Of a stretch of DNA of 64,000 nucleotides, positions 1 through 12,039 are shown piece by piece. Both the position numbers and the translations under genes were made by a program. The notes below the pieces were generated by a model. It did no database searches, was not told the DNA's origin, and saw only the letters and a list, made by a program, of their open reading frames with translations. This DNA comes from Paragordius varius (taxonomy: Eukaryota; Animalia; Nematomorpha), in the NCBI GenBank assembly GCA_964247055.1, contig OZ176056.1:4774001-4838000 (forward strand). The letters are read 5' to 3'. The stretch's first letter is position 1, and each line of letters begins with the position of its first letter.

Positions 1-13
1 ATGCATTTTCATT

Positions 14-183
14 ATGCATTCTGCTTTGTTATTTCACACTATAGTAGGGCAATTCGCATTATTGGAATGTATGGAAAAAAGAAAAATATTATTGTTTATT
101 TAACATTTGGTTGTTTTTTCCATACACTAATGTCTTGCAAATTCCCTTACTATAGTGTGAAATAAGCAGCCATTTAAATGCAT
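14..183. repeat. Short foldback/MITE-like inverted repeat
   Basis: Arm 21-80 (ctgctttgttatttcacactatagtaggg...gtatggaaaaaa) is the approximate reverse complement of 114-169 (ttttttccatacac...cccttactatagtgtgaaataagcag). A related right-arm fragment is at about 61235-61295. Confidence 0.7.
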
Positions 184-369
184 CCTGGAGTTTCCTTTAA
201 TTATCTTCATACATGGCTAACTTATAATCGAATTCTGTTTTTCAGTAATCGATATCTTTAAATAAAAAACACCCTAATATATAAAAATTTTGGTTGTTTA
301 ATTAAATTTAAATGATACCTATTATATTTAAAACATAATTTTTCTTTTGTCCCCAAAATATCCCTCAAC

Positions 370-2060
370 TAGAATATAAGCCTTTAGAAAAGTAAACCTT
401 TTTAATATCAGCCTTTCCAAAAATCTGAGAGTGCGCCATTATTAACTTGGCTCAGTTAATAACACTAGTCAACAATATCTGCCACTTGAGTTTTTGCAAT
501 CTGATATTTACTATCATTTTAACAGTTGAAATAAAAATACACCCAAGAATTTTAAATAGTTTAATGCTTCTGATTATGCGCCCTCTTTATCAAAATTTAC
601 TAAAAAATATTTTCCTGCGAAAATTTATAACAAATATCCATTTGTAATATATTATTTTAAATATTAATTAAAACATAAAATGCATACTGATATGTATTAC
701 ATAGATGGTTAATATTGGACATAAGAAGCGACAAACGCGCAAAGAGAGAGCGTTTTTCTAATCAATGAATTCTTAAAACTAATGGAATAGCTCAAACCTT
801 TATCTAGATAGCAATGAAAGTCCAAAAAAGACAACATAAGAAATTTTTTTGATTAACAGTTATTTATTGCTTTTATGCCATTTAAGTTTTTTGTTTTTTA
901 AGATTACCATATCATCAATATTAATTTATTTTCTTTAGTAGGTTTCTAGAAACTAAAAACAAATTTAAACTTATTTTTTATTTTTTAACGTATTTAATAA
1001 ATTTACAGTTATAACTATGCATTTTGGTATCCACTGGGTAAAATAACTTAAATAATAATAAATTTAATTGAAAAAGACCAAAAGCTTTTTCGAAGATTTT
1101 TTCTTAATTTATTGCTAATATATTAAAATAATTGTTATGATTATTAAATTAGTTTGTTTGTGAAATTTTATAACTTATTTGAGGGTTGAAAATTTTGACC
1201 ATACAAATCCAAATAACATTTATGTCAAATTGATTTAAATGACCCATCCATTCGTAAGATACAGTTTTTCGCGCTCTTTTGAATGATATAAAATACATGT
1301 CTCTATATCTATAACTTTTAGTTTCGAAAATTTTAATGTTAATCGGGGCCAAAAATTATCGTTAAATTCTAATAAATAAAATATATAATATTAGAACAAT
1401 TTTTTTCAGAAATACTATTTAAATTTTACAAGAATGGCAGTTAAAAAGTCAAATTTTGTAGTCTAGTCAATATTTTGTTTTATAGTATAATATTAAAGAG
1501 ATTAATTATGAATCTTATGATTTATTTAGTGATCATGTATTGGTAAATCAATTAATTAAAAAATTATCACTTTTTACGCTAATATGTACAAAATAAATGG
1601 AAATTTTTTAGAACACTTATTACATTAATGTTTTAGATATTACATGGTATGTTAATATTAAAAAATTTAATAAAAAAATTTTACATGTCGTTTAAAACCA
1701 TTTTTCGAATCTTTATTTTTATTCTGTTTATTGGATTATCATTGAATGTAATTAACAAAAAATATAAAGATAAGGACACAATATTCCTTATGTCATCCGG
1801 GGTAGGTAAGATTTTTTTCATTTTTACCAAAACCAGATATTTCTCGAATATTTATTAAGAAACTAATTGGTAATTAAGACCACTATCTAGATTTTTAAAA
1901 AATAACTTATCGTTTTATTGGATAAATGATGGTTAATTCAAAGGATAAAATATACCATTGAGCCTTAAATCATGAATGTTCAACATAAACATCTTCGTGG
2001 CTGCTTTGATATATTTTGGTTTTCTTGACCTCAATTTTGGATATTATATCGAAATAATCG
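370..2060 (-). pseudogene. Decayed coding segments, probable paralog of the RTK-like pseudogene at 9626-17964
   Basis: Minus-strand protein-like stretches with in-frame stops: SSHEDVYVEHS*FKAQWYILSF (about 2000-1930), NIREISGFGKNEKNLTYPG* (about 1855-1795), ORF 1149-1352 (SYRYRDMYFISFKRARK) and an acceptor-led GKYFLVNFDKEGA*SEALNYLKFLG (about 613-520). The similarity to the downstream pseudogene is weak and judged by eye. Confidence 0.35.
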
Positions 2061-3409
2061 TATATTTTTGATTTAATTACAATTTTTTAGAGCACTTTTG
2101 CGCATCGCAAAAAGCGTGTTGAACATCCCCTAAAATTCATCCTTAAGCATTTCATATTATAAAATATTTCTACCCTTGAACATATTAAATTTACCCTAAT
2201 ATTTGGGCTCAACTAACTCATTATTAATATAATATTTTTGTTAAAACAATAGTTTATCAACCTTTTCTGTATTAATTTTAACCCAGTTGCAGTGGCGTAC
2301 CAAGAAGGGGGGGGCAAGGGGGTGCATCATGCCCCGGGCGCCGTTTTTAGGGGCGCCAAAATAATTTTTCTTAATTAAATTTAATTTATGCAAAAATTAT
2401 AACAACTTTCAAGTAAGATTTTAGCAATTTACGTAATAATCTCTAAAAAATATAAAATTTTTATAAATGAGACTAAGAGACATTATACAAAAAACAAATT
2501 TGATGCAGGTTTTCCCTTCTACATGTACAAACTTATTTCTATTCATCTCTAACAAAGTAGGTAGTATAGCTTTGTATTTGTTATAATTATTTTCATTATT
2601 ATCAGATATTGCCAAAGAGGTTACGCAAATAGGAAACGAAAAATCCAGGAATAGAATAAACAAATAAAATGGGAATGAGTATAAAATCTTATTAACCAAA
2701 ATATCTGACCATAACATTGAAAGTGTATGCGACATAAACGTAACGGTACCCTTTAATATTAATAACTACACCTGTAATCCTAGTTATTAATCCAATAAAT
2801 AGAGATGAGGAAACTACAAATATACCATTTGTGATTCCAAGCGCTATACCTATAGAGTAATTCGCCTTTTTAAAATGTTCTAATAAAAATGTCCCCGTAA
2901 TATCTCAACCAGAAATGATTATTCGTGGATATCAAGGATTTCAAAATAAATGCAATCTCTTTGAAACAAAAAATGATCGTTCAATCCCTCAATCTTGGTT
3001 TTTCCAACGTGTCGGTAAAAAAGAAAGAAAGTTGAGAGGTCATAGATTTGTTATTCACCAAAAAACAAATCTGCGTATGGTTTTCCTTCTTTTTACTCGA
3101 TATTATTCTTTACCATCATATTTTATACTACGCATGGTTTAAATGAATGGAGGAAAAAATATAAATTAATCCATCATGAAAATAGCCTCAATCATCGGAA
3201 TGCATTTAATTGGAAAGAGGCAGCAAGAAGATTGATAAATAAAATAGGGATTCTGCTCTAGAAGCTTACTTACAATCGGAAAAAAATCGATGGCAAAATG
3301 TTTTACATCGAATTTGACCTGCATGAAATTTTTATCACCCAAATTTCTTTTCCAGGACATGTTAAAAGTTTAATGTATCTAGATCAATTCTTAAACTATG
3401 GGTCGCGAG

Positions 3410-4112
3410 TAGGGTTGTGCATTTGACTGCTTTTTCAAAAAAGTCCGGTCAGACCCGGTCAACCATGGTCATGACCACGGTCGAGACCACTTTACCTAAG
3501 TAAATACCATGCGATATTGGAGTGTGAAAATAATGTTCGAACAATACTTGGGTTTCACTAATGTCATGTTTTTTTAAAAGTTAATATAATACATTTTTTT
3601 ATATTTACATTATTTTCAATCAAATTTAATCAAGAATTTATTTTAAATAAATTTGCCAGATTCTTGTGGCCTTCTGAATCTTCAAATTCATAGCTTTTAA
3701 TGGATATTTCAGATAAAATTTTAACTAGTTTGTTACACTTTCTTTCATCATTGAAATATCCAATTATAAATTGTTTTTACAGCTTATTGGTTCATATATA
3801 TAGAATAATCGCATATTTGCAAATGCTTGATTGTTTTCAAAATAACTGGATATGCTAAATGTTAATGTTATAAGGATGCATGTTTAACAATTTTATATTT
3901 TTAAATAAGCATATTTAAATATTTAATTTTTATTTTGTAAAAAGTATATTAAAAAGCAATAAAATCTTACTATCTCTCTTCCAAAAAAAATAGCAGCAAT
4001 TTTTTAAAAAACAGCTGTTTTTTTAAATGACCATGGTCAAAAAATAAATAGTCACTGACCTGGTCATGACTCGGTCAATTGACCAGGTCATGACTTGGTC
4101 AGCACAACCCTA
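3410..4112. mobile_element. hAT MITE, innermost nested element
   Basis: Perfect 11-bp TIRs TAGGGTTGTGC / GCACAACCCTA. 8-bp TSD GTCGCGAG / GTCGCCAG (1 mismatch). Subterminal GGTCA/TGACC arrays at both ends. Confidence 0.9.
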
Positions 4113-4389
4113 GTCGCCAGTGATAATACAATTTAACAAAAAATGTTTTTAACTTGTAAAATTATTGTTATAAAGAAAAATAACATTGTATATAATTATC
4201 ATAAAATCTTCTGGTTCAGAAGGGTTTATATTAGCATTTCTATTCCAATCATTATAATCTATATATTTATAAAAATGGAAAATGCTGCCTTTATGATCTG
4301 TTTCGGGAAAAATAGACCAATTCAAATCCAAAAGTCAAAAAAATATTTCATTAATGAATGCCCCGACAATAGCTTCGCCCTTTTTTTGA

Positions 4390-5507
4390 ATTAAGCTCTC
4401 AGTTCGGGCCACCCCGTATAAAAAACGGGTTTTTTTGAAAACAGAAGTCCAGAAAAATCGTGTCTTGAGACAATTTTCCGGAAAACATGATATACCTATC
4501 GATTTCAAATATGATTATTTTTACTTTTAATTGATTGCGAACCTAGTCTGCTTACTTTTTTAATTTAGGCTCTCTTTTTACCCGTTCCCCCCGTAAAATG
4601 CCATTTTTTTCAAAAAAACCAAATATTTTTTTGCCCAGGGTGTGACCGATAAAATTTACTGAGGATTCGAATTCTCTGTTAAAAGGCAAAAATTTTAGTC
4701 TTGCGTGTTTTAATATTGGCTACTAAGTAAACAGATAGCCGCTTAAGCTGCGCCATATAGAAATTGCGTTGTTTTGGAGCTAATTTACAGAAAATTTATG
4801 AAGCCATATGAGATTAAAAGCTCGAAATATTACCCTTAACTAGGTAAAAATTAAGGTCGGGTCTTTATTTTGGGACCTTTATACTTTAAACGCCATCATA
4901 TAACGATTATTTAGTGTTGAGGTATTTTTTCGAATAACCATGAGATGATGGTATCAAAAATGATTCCAAATATTTGCCTTACAGAGTAAAGAAATTTAAC
5001 TCTGCGCTTTTTCCATATAGGTCCATGGGTAGGGGTCTACCAGCTTAAAACTGAGATGCCATACAAAATAGGCTTAGTTTTGGAGCTAATTTTCTAAAAA
5101 CTTAAAAGCCATACGAGTTCAGTTAAACACTTTTCTAGGGAATTTGTGTATAATATCATTCTTTCCTTTAGGAAGGGATTACAAATGATTTACTTTTTAT
5201 ATCCCTTGATCCCAGCTGTATGAACACAATTTCAAATTAGAACTTTTAACCATGATTTCGAACGAAAATTTTAAAATAAATCCAATGATAGTTGAATATT
5301 AACTTTAATAAGGGACAGATTAAATATGGTCAATTTCGAGTAAACAATATTTCAGCCTATGCAAAAACCTGTAATAAATTAAAGACATTCTTTTTATTAA
5401 ATATGTTTATTATTATTTTTTATCTCCATTAACTCTATTTATTGCAAATTATTAAGAATATTTATCGGTGAGACTAATCCACACCGAAGCGTGACCGGGC
5501 CTGCTAG
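4390..5507 (+). mobile_element. Possible Helitron-like or other non-autonomous insert
   Basis: Ends in a GC-rich CCGAAGCGTGACCGGGCCTG followed by CTAG|T (5504-5508). It has an internal direct duplication (4741-4812 vs 5043-5117). The 5' end is not defined and the hairpin is weak. Confidence 0.3.
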
Positions 5508-6747
5508 TATTTTGCATAAATTTACTATGAATCAGAAAATGTTATAGAAATTTATAAAAAATGTAGGTTAATTTTTGTCAATCTCTCAAAACCGAAATAA
5601 TCCCGATAAATATTATCGACAAAATTTTAAGTGTTATTTCGAAGTAATATTTTTCTTTTATATTTGGGTTAGTTAAGAAACTCGCAATCATAAATGGGGT
5701 CGGGACTACAAAAGTTTAAGAAGCCCTGATCTAGATGACAAAGCACCAAATCCTGGAAACTATTATTTTTACTAAAATTTGTAGCTCATTTTGATTAGAA
5801 TCGATAGGGTTCAACATAGATTGCAAGATCCTAAAATTTTAATGGAGCATTTAAGGACTTTGAAACCATAACTATTAAATTATTAGATATTCGGAATCAC
5901 CTTTGCGAGGAAGCCATAAAAAAGCTAAAATAGTATGTGAAAACTCGGATGTTTCTTTATCTATATCAACCCGTGTTAGAAAGCCAAAAAATTCCTAGGA
6001 GAATCAGATTGAGTGATTCTTTCTGCAGAAAGGGAATTTTATTGTGTTATGAAACAGGTATTGGATAAATTGCAACATAAAATGGAAAAGCAATTCTTTA
6101 GGCTGAAAGGTGTAAATTCTATTTGGATTTTTGTAAGATAAAAATATATTGACACGTAATAACAATAACAATAAAAATAAGGATTTAAAAATAATTGTAA
6201 ATCTATAGGCAATTAATGGAACAGATATTTTTATCGATGTTTGTGATTGTAGGATGTTACTCCTAAGTCGAAAAGGTGTCGAACCTACAACTCCGTTAGA
6301 ACTTTTATATGATTTCAAACGGCAAAGATGTGTTACCCAATTTAAGAGTTTGCTTTTCAAATATTTTGAATATTTCAACGTCTGTCGCTAGTTGTAAAAG
6401 GTCATTCAAAAAATTTAAATCAATTTGACTGTGTTGTCATATCTATGGTGTTTAGGTAGATCGTTTGTATTTTTTTAATAAATTGTTTTATTGGCTTTCA
6501 AAAAGAGAAGGGGGGCGGCGGCTCCATAAGAGTTTTATGCCCCGGCGCCGCAAATGCTCGGTACGCCTCTGCCCAGTTGTAAATAAAAATATATTTAGTT
6601 TTTAAGTTCGAGTGTGAATTTGAAATGTTTGAGGGTCGATTCGGAATGTCCAAGGGTGTATATGACATGTTTAAGGATGAATATGAGCTGATAATATATT
6701 TTCCTGCATCTATGAAGCTGGCCAAATGAATAATTTGATTTTTTTAG

Positions 6748-9138
6748 AAATGTCAAGCTTATTGTCACGCTTGTTATGGCCTTTGGGCTGTTAAACAAAA
6801 TTTGACACGAGATGGTGTTTATGAAAAAACGAAACAATGTTACAATCAGTGTGTGCCCCGTAACAATGAAAATAACATTAATAAAAATATTAATAGCAAT
6901 AATAATTTAAATAATGTCAATAATAATCTTGTTAAGACGCTAAACAATCAACGTAAAAATATTCATATAACAAAAGAAGTATCCTCTTTCTCAAATAAAG
7001 TATTTTTTTGTTCGATTTTTGCATCCAAAAATTATGATCTTATGCTAATTGCTATAATGATTAGAACCAGCTTTGTTTGCGCGAACTAAATGAATCTCTA
7101 TGGGATGCTTGTAATGAGGTGCGTGGAAATTTGCCATGTGGGTAATATATTCAAAATAAAAAATAATTTTAGAAAATTAAAATTTTACATTTTTAATAAT
7201 AATAATGGATATTGTGCAACTTTATTTTAAAGCTCTTATAATTTCGATTTAATGAAATAAACTTTACTGAATCCCCCTTTTTGAATATTTAAGTAAATAA
7301 CATATATTTTCGGGGTGATGAGGCTGATAAAAAGCATGTCTCTTACGCCACAATTGGATTAATCACTGAGGGGGAGGGAATACACCCGCATAGAATTTAA
7401 TTTTCAAATCCTGTTATACTTTATCAATCGTAAGGGAGCTCCTACTAGGATATATACCTGGTGTGGTCATAAGTCTTAACCGTATTTTTGGTAAAAAATG
7501 CGTATTTAAAGAAAGTGATTTATTTCATTCAATCTAATGTCCATCGGTTTCTCATACCACCCCTCTCTCAAAATTTTAAGAATGTTATGTCGGAAAAACT
7601 GATTATCTTTATTCAAATTATTGAAGTACTGCCCTGTGCGTATCCCCAATTAATACACAAAGGTAGTTGCTAATTGGTACAGGTAAGGGAAGTGCGACGG
7701 ATGTGGGACCCTATCGAAGCGATTTTGAGGGGTCGTTTACTGGTTTTACTGTGTGATACGCAACAGTGTCATGTGGCAAAATCACTTTGCCATGTCTGCT
7801 GGCCCATACCAGACGTTTTTTGCATAAAGCATCGTTTAAATTAATCATTTGTTGGCGATAGAGTTGTACGTATATCAACCGTTTCCTAAGAATCAATACT
7901 TAATAGATAATACCGCTCTCCCAGACACAGAGCATGGTCTTCTTGTCCAAGTGATTTGGCCTGGATGCGTGAACGACCGGCTTTGCAAGCCATTCTTTAA
8001 CTTTAGATTTATAATGTAAAGTCACTTTTCATTACATAAATCGATCCAAATATAATTTCTTTTTCATGACATTTTTGCCATTTTCGATTTGACCTTAATT
8101 CAAATTGTGGTGGACCCATTAACTTAGGTTGGCCTTTCCGCTGCCCGCAAACCTTTAAAGTTTTTTTGATACTTTTGTCTATTGCCGTTGAGATTGGGCT
8201 GGGTAATCCAATAACTCTTGTAATTTATCGACTTGTGTAGTCTACCAAAGCTCCTTGTCTCTTCACATTGAAATTATGTTTTCTCAACCTCGCATCATAT
8301 AATCGATGAAACATTACCATATGTTTCAACCAGCAAACGATAATCTTTAACAATATATTCTTTAAATAATAGAGGTGCGTGTCGCAAATGTTTTTAGGAA
8401 CAAAATTAGGAATGATTTACTGAATGATAATAAAAATAAAGCTTTTAGCGGACCCGACTTGTTTGCATTTACCGTTTAATGTCAGATGAACAATGGTGTC
8501 TGTGTAAAATTAATCGACTGCGTACTTTCCCCGACATTTTCTCCTAGTTAACCGGTTATAACTTATGACTGCATCTGGTATATAGGATACAAAATTGTTT
8601 CAATATATATTATAGTTGTGATGAAGTGGTAGATTATATTCCACGCGTAGTTTGTACGGAGAATGCGGCCCAACTATTAGCGGGCATTCCATCCGACGCA
8701 AAGTTTCAAAAAAACGAAATGTTTACCAAACAAAACCACCACGCTTCTCAAAATTACCCGTATAACAATTCTGTTTTGAGTATTAGTAATCGTATACGGG
8801 CTCTAAATTGGTATGGACGAGAAATTCATCATATCCTAATGTCATCCGTTGGAGCGTATGATGTCCCAAGTCCCCAGATCACATTTAATAATACAAAGGG
8901 GAACGTATCACAAGTCGAAAAAATTTTTGAATTTCAAACGTTGTTTCAAGTGTCAGATTTCCTCGTCACTTGTTATGCCGATAGGTAAGATTTCGAAACT
9001 TAAAAATATAAATATATATTTGATAATTAAATATTTTATCAGAGGTGTAGTCTAACACAAGTGGATAGGTCGCATTTAAGGCCTAGCGGAACGACCGTAA
9101 AAAATTTCATTATACAAATCAACAAATTTGTTATTTGA
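6748..9138 (+). CDS. 3' exons of an unidentified cysteine-rich protein gene (5' exons not located)
   Basis: Phase-compatible, stop-free exons 6748-6978 (KCQAYCHACYGLW..., Asn-rich), 7065-7141 and 8616-8984 (CDEVVDYIPRVVC...VTCYADR, donor GTAAGA). The terminal exon is either 9043-9055 (GVV*) or 9051-9138. AATAAA follows at 9153-9158. Confidence 0.7.
7457..8578 (-). mobile_element. Mos1-like mariner, degenerate, in an intron of the Cys-rich gene
   Basis: About 26-bp imperfect TIRs (CCTGGTGTGGTCATAAGTCTTAACCG vs CCAGATGCAGTCATAAGTTATAACCG) flanked by TA. The minus-strand remnant KKTMLCVW...YRQQMINLNDAL...KVILPHDT...HT resembles mariner D,D34D catalytic regions, with stops and frameshifts. Confidence 0.9.
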
Positions 9139-9152
9139 TTAGGTTAAAATTT

Positions 9153-9158
9153 AATAAA
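9153..9158 (+). promoter_or_regulatory. Candidate polyadenylation signal of the Cys-rich gene
   Basis: AATAAA just after both candidate stops. The hexamer is common in this AT-rich DNA. Confidence 0.35.
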
Positions 9159-12039
9159 AGTATCAACATTACCTTCTTTTCTGGTTTATTATTATATAAC
9201 ACTTTTATCCAAAGTTTGAAAAATTAACAGGTGATAATTAAAGTTTTATTCACATAAATTAAAATTTAAACAGAAGCCGCTTTTTGCGGTCGTGTATTGG
9301 ACACCCCTGATTTAAAAGTAAAACCATGTAATAAACTTATGGGATAAGTTATAAAGTATTTTCACAATTTATTAAACCAAAAATATGTGATATTTTGTAA
9401 AAAATTTTCACATTTAAAAAATATTATAATTTAAAGATATAGATATAGAATTAGATATGCTTTAGCAAATGACTTTAAAATAGGAATAGGACAAAAAAAT
9501 ATTTTTTATTGTATAAATTGATTGATGCAAACTTTTTAAACTATATATAAATCAACGCCGCCGCAGAATAAAGTCGAATGCAGATCGATTATATAATTAG
9601 ACATTACTTAATTAAAATAATTTTATATTAATTTATATTATGTTTTATAAAAAATCGTTTTAATCCATTTTTTTAAAAATGCATTTTTGTTGTTATTTAT
9701 ACATTTCATGTATTTAGACTGTGTGAAATTATCAATACTTGGTGATGATAATCTAATACTTTCCAATGTCGATAAATAAATTTTATAAATAAATCGCAAG
9801 TATTACTTAATAAATATTTTACAGAAAGAAAAATGATATTAGACTTACATCATAAATTCTTTATATAATATTTAGCTCATTAATTTGTAACTTATTCGAA
9901 ATTGACCCTATGTTCCGCTAGATGCCATGTAAAAATGGTAATAAAGATACAAAAAATCTTGCCACTTGTTACGTTAAAGAGATATTCAAACAAAGTACTT
10001 TAATAACTCTAGTGTTTGATCCCTCACCCTGTAAAATATTATCCCTTACTTAACTAAACCCAGAAGATATTCTATAAACCAATTTAATTTAATGTAAAAA
10101 ATACATAAGAACGCATAAATTAAATAAGCCCTTTATGGGTGAATATAATATTAGTCTTCATGTAGTGGCACTCTACGATGTAAAATTAATTTTTTAAGAA
10201 AAACGTGTCAATAAAGCACAATTTCCCGGAAAGTGATGTACAGATTTTATAAATTTTTCGTATAAAGGCAAAATATTTAGTTAAATACCTTCATAAACCA
10301 AGTGAGCAATGATCTAACAACAATCACACATAGAAGTGGGTTTGAAGCATAGTTTCGGAAAACGTATAAATTATGTATAATGTAAATAGATTATGGTTTT
10401 AATATGTCTTGTATATAGGCAAATATTTAATAACCAAACGGTTTTTTAATTATCCGCTGGGTAGGGCCCTGTGCAAAGTATTTTTCCAATTTTTATGCAT
10501 GAGCATGTTTAATTTTTTTTAAAAACGTTATATGTTTTATCCAAAAAAATAATTGTAATAATATATTTTGACTCGTAATATTTTGAATGTTTAAAGTCAG
10601 CGAATGTTAAATAAACGGTTTGATAAAAAAATATTTTTACCCCAAAATATACCATTTTGTACATATTATTAACGAATTGCCCATCATATTTATTTGTAAT
10701 CAAATAAAATGTAATCACATTGAATTTTTAGATTAAATATTGATAATGTTTTGTTGGAACGAATCTATCATTGATCATTTCCATGTATCTTCGTCATCCA
10801 ACAAACCTAAATAGTCAAAAATTTTAATATAAACTCTACTTAAATCAATAAACGTTAAAATAATTAATATTAATGAATCACATTATGATACATTTCATAG
10901 ATGTTATTATAATATCATAAATATGCCCTTACTTATTCTGTTCATTCAAGGTCAAGACCAGTTTTTAAAATCAAAATTATTTTTTAAAATTAGCCATCAC
11001 AACCTTCTAAATTCTTTCACGTGAAACTACCTTTTTTTATTTTTTTATTAAAAGATAATATGTGACGAGGAAAAATCATGTCTTACACATTTTAAAAACA
11101 ATAAGCTAAAAGATTTCCAGCAGAAATCTGCTAACTAATGATAAGGACGTAAATCATTAGAGTATTATGAAGGATTTTAAAAAAATTTTGACTGCTAACT
11201 TTTCTGTAAGCCAGTCAAATTATATTTTAGTTTTAGTAGACATAATTATATAAAAAAACATACCTTTTCCTTTATGACCCGAATGCCGTAATCCAGACCC
11301 ATCATCCTGTCCTAAGTTATAGAAGAAAGCAAAATAATCATAGGCATAAACCGCACCATTCTTTCTAATAAAACTTCTTTTAACCAAAAACGCAATCCAA
11401 ACGCAACTTTTGTTTCATTTAAATGCAAAAACCTAACAAAAAATAATACCTTTTCTTTTATAAATTGATTGGAAACCAGGGTCCTTTGTACCAGAGCCAG
11501 AATAAACTAATTGTATATAAATAAATAATACTAATATTAAACAAAAATTTTGGATCTACAATGATTTACATAATTTCATAGTTATTAAATTTTTTCCTAG
11601 TTTTTAGTCAAGCCTTTGCCAAATTGAATGGTTATCTAATTGCTTTAGATGTAATTATATGAATATTTTCGCATTAATTTTCAATAGAGAATTTGGATTT
11701 ATATATTTGGCATATATTTGTCGAAAAAAATATAATATAAAGGTAGTTTTTATATAGTCTATGACATTTTAGGGGAGTTTTATATCTAGCGATTTGAAAT
11801 AAAAACTCAAAAGCGAGCATTCGAGAAGGGTAGTTGAACAGGAATTGAAAATTTTTTATTGATTTACACAAAAATTTTCTTAATAATTTTTATTATTTTT
11901 CAGCACATTCATCATTTATTTCCTTTATCTAAGAATCTTTAGAATAATTACCACTGGTAAACTTTTTAATAATTATTTTGTAAAAGAGCCATATTGAAAA
12001 CCACAGTCCCATTTTTAAAATGCAATACTGTTACATATG

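Larger units (their letters stand above)
3385..5728. mobile_element. Non-autonomous hAT (Buster/Charlie-like) nested in the hAT transposase
   Basis: 8-bp TSD ATCTAGAT at 3377-3384 and 5729-5736. Ends are CAATTCTTAAACT (degenerate) / AGTTTAAGAAGCCCTG. The host transposase frame (GHVKSLMYLD|DKAPNPGN) rejoins across the insertion. Confidence 0.85.
2290..6571 (+). mobile_element. hAT DNA transposon (ZMYM1/TTF-type transposase remnant)
   Basis: 12-bp TIRs CAGTGGCGTACC / GGTACGCCTCTG (1 mismatch) and a perfect 8-bp TSD CCCAGTTG at 2282-2289 and 6572-6579. Frameshifted transposase pieces: RSIPQSWF...YSPKNKSAY (TTF zinc finger, about 2980-3090), EKNRWQNVLHRI, GH...PGN split by the nested insertion, and a hATC-like PNLRV...SVASCKRSF at about 6330-6430. 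Confidence 0.9.
2125..6660. mobile_element. MITE family A (GGGTGAATTTGA subrepeats), split by the hAT insertion
   Basis: The left arm at 2125-2289 (cccttgaacat...aaatttaccc...gggctcaactaactca) and right arm at 6580-6660 (gtgtgaatttgaaatgtttgaggg...caagggtgta) match the intact copy at 50021-50255. Confidence 0.6.

Noticed and set aside
9922-10830. Plus-strand open stretches (MPCKNGNKD...; LNIDNVFVGT...) as further exons of the Cys-rich gene
   Set aside because: They are antisense to kinase-like segments of the minus-strand pseudogene and could not be chained convincingly by phase. A stop plus AATAAA occurs earlier.
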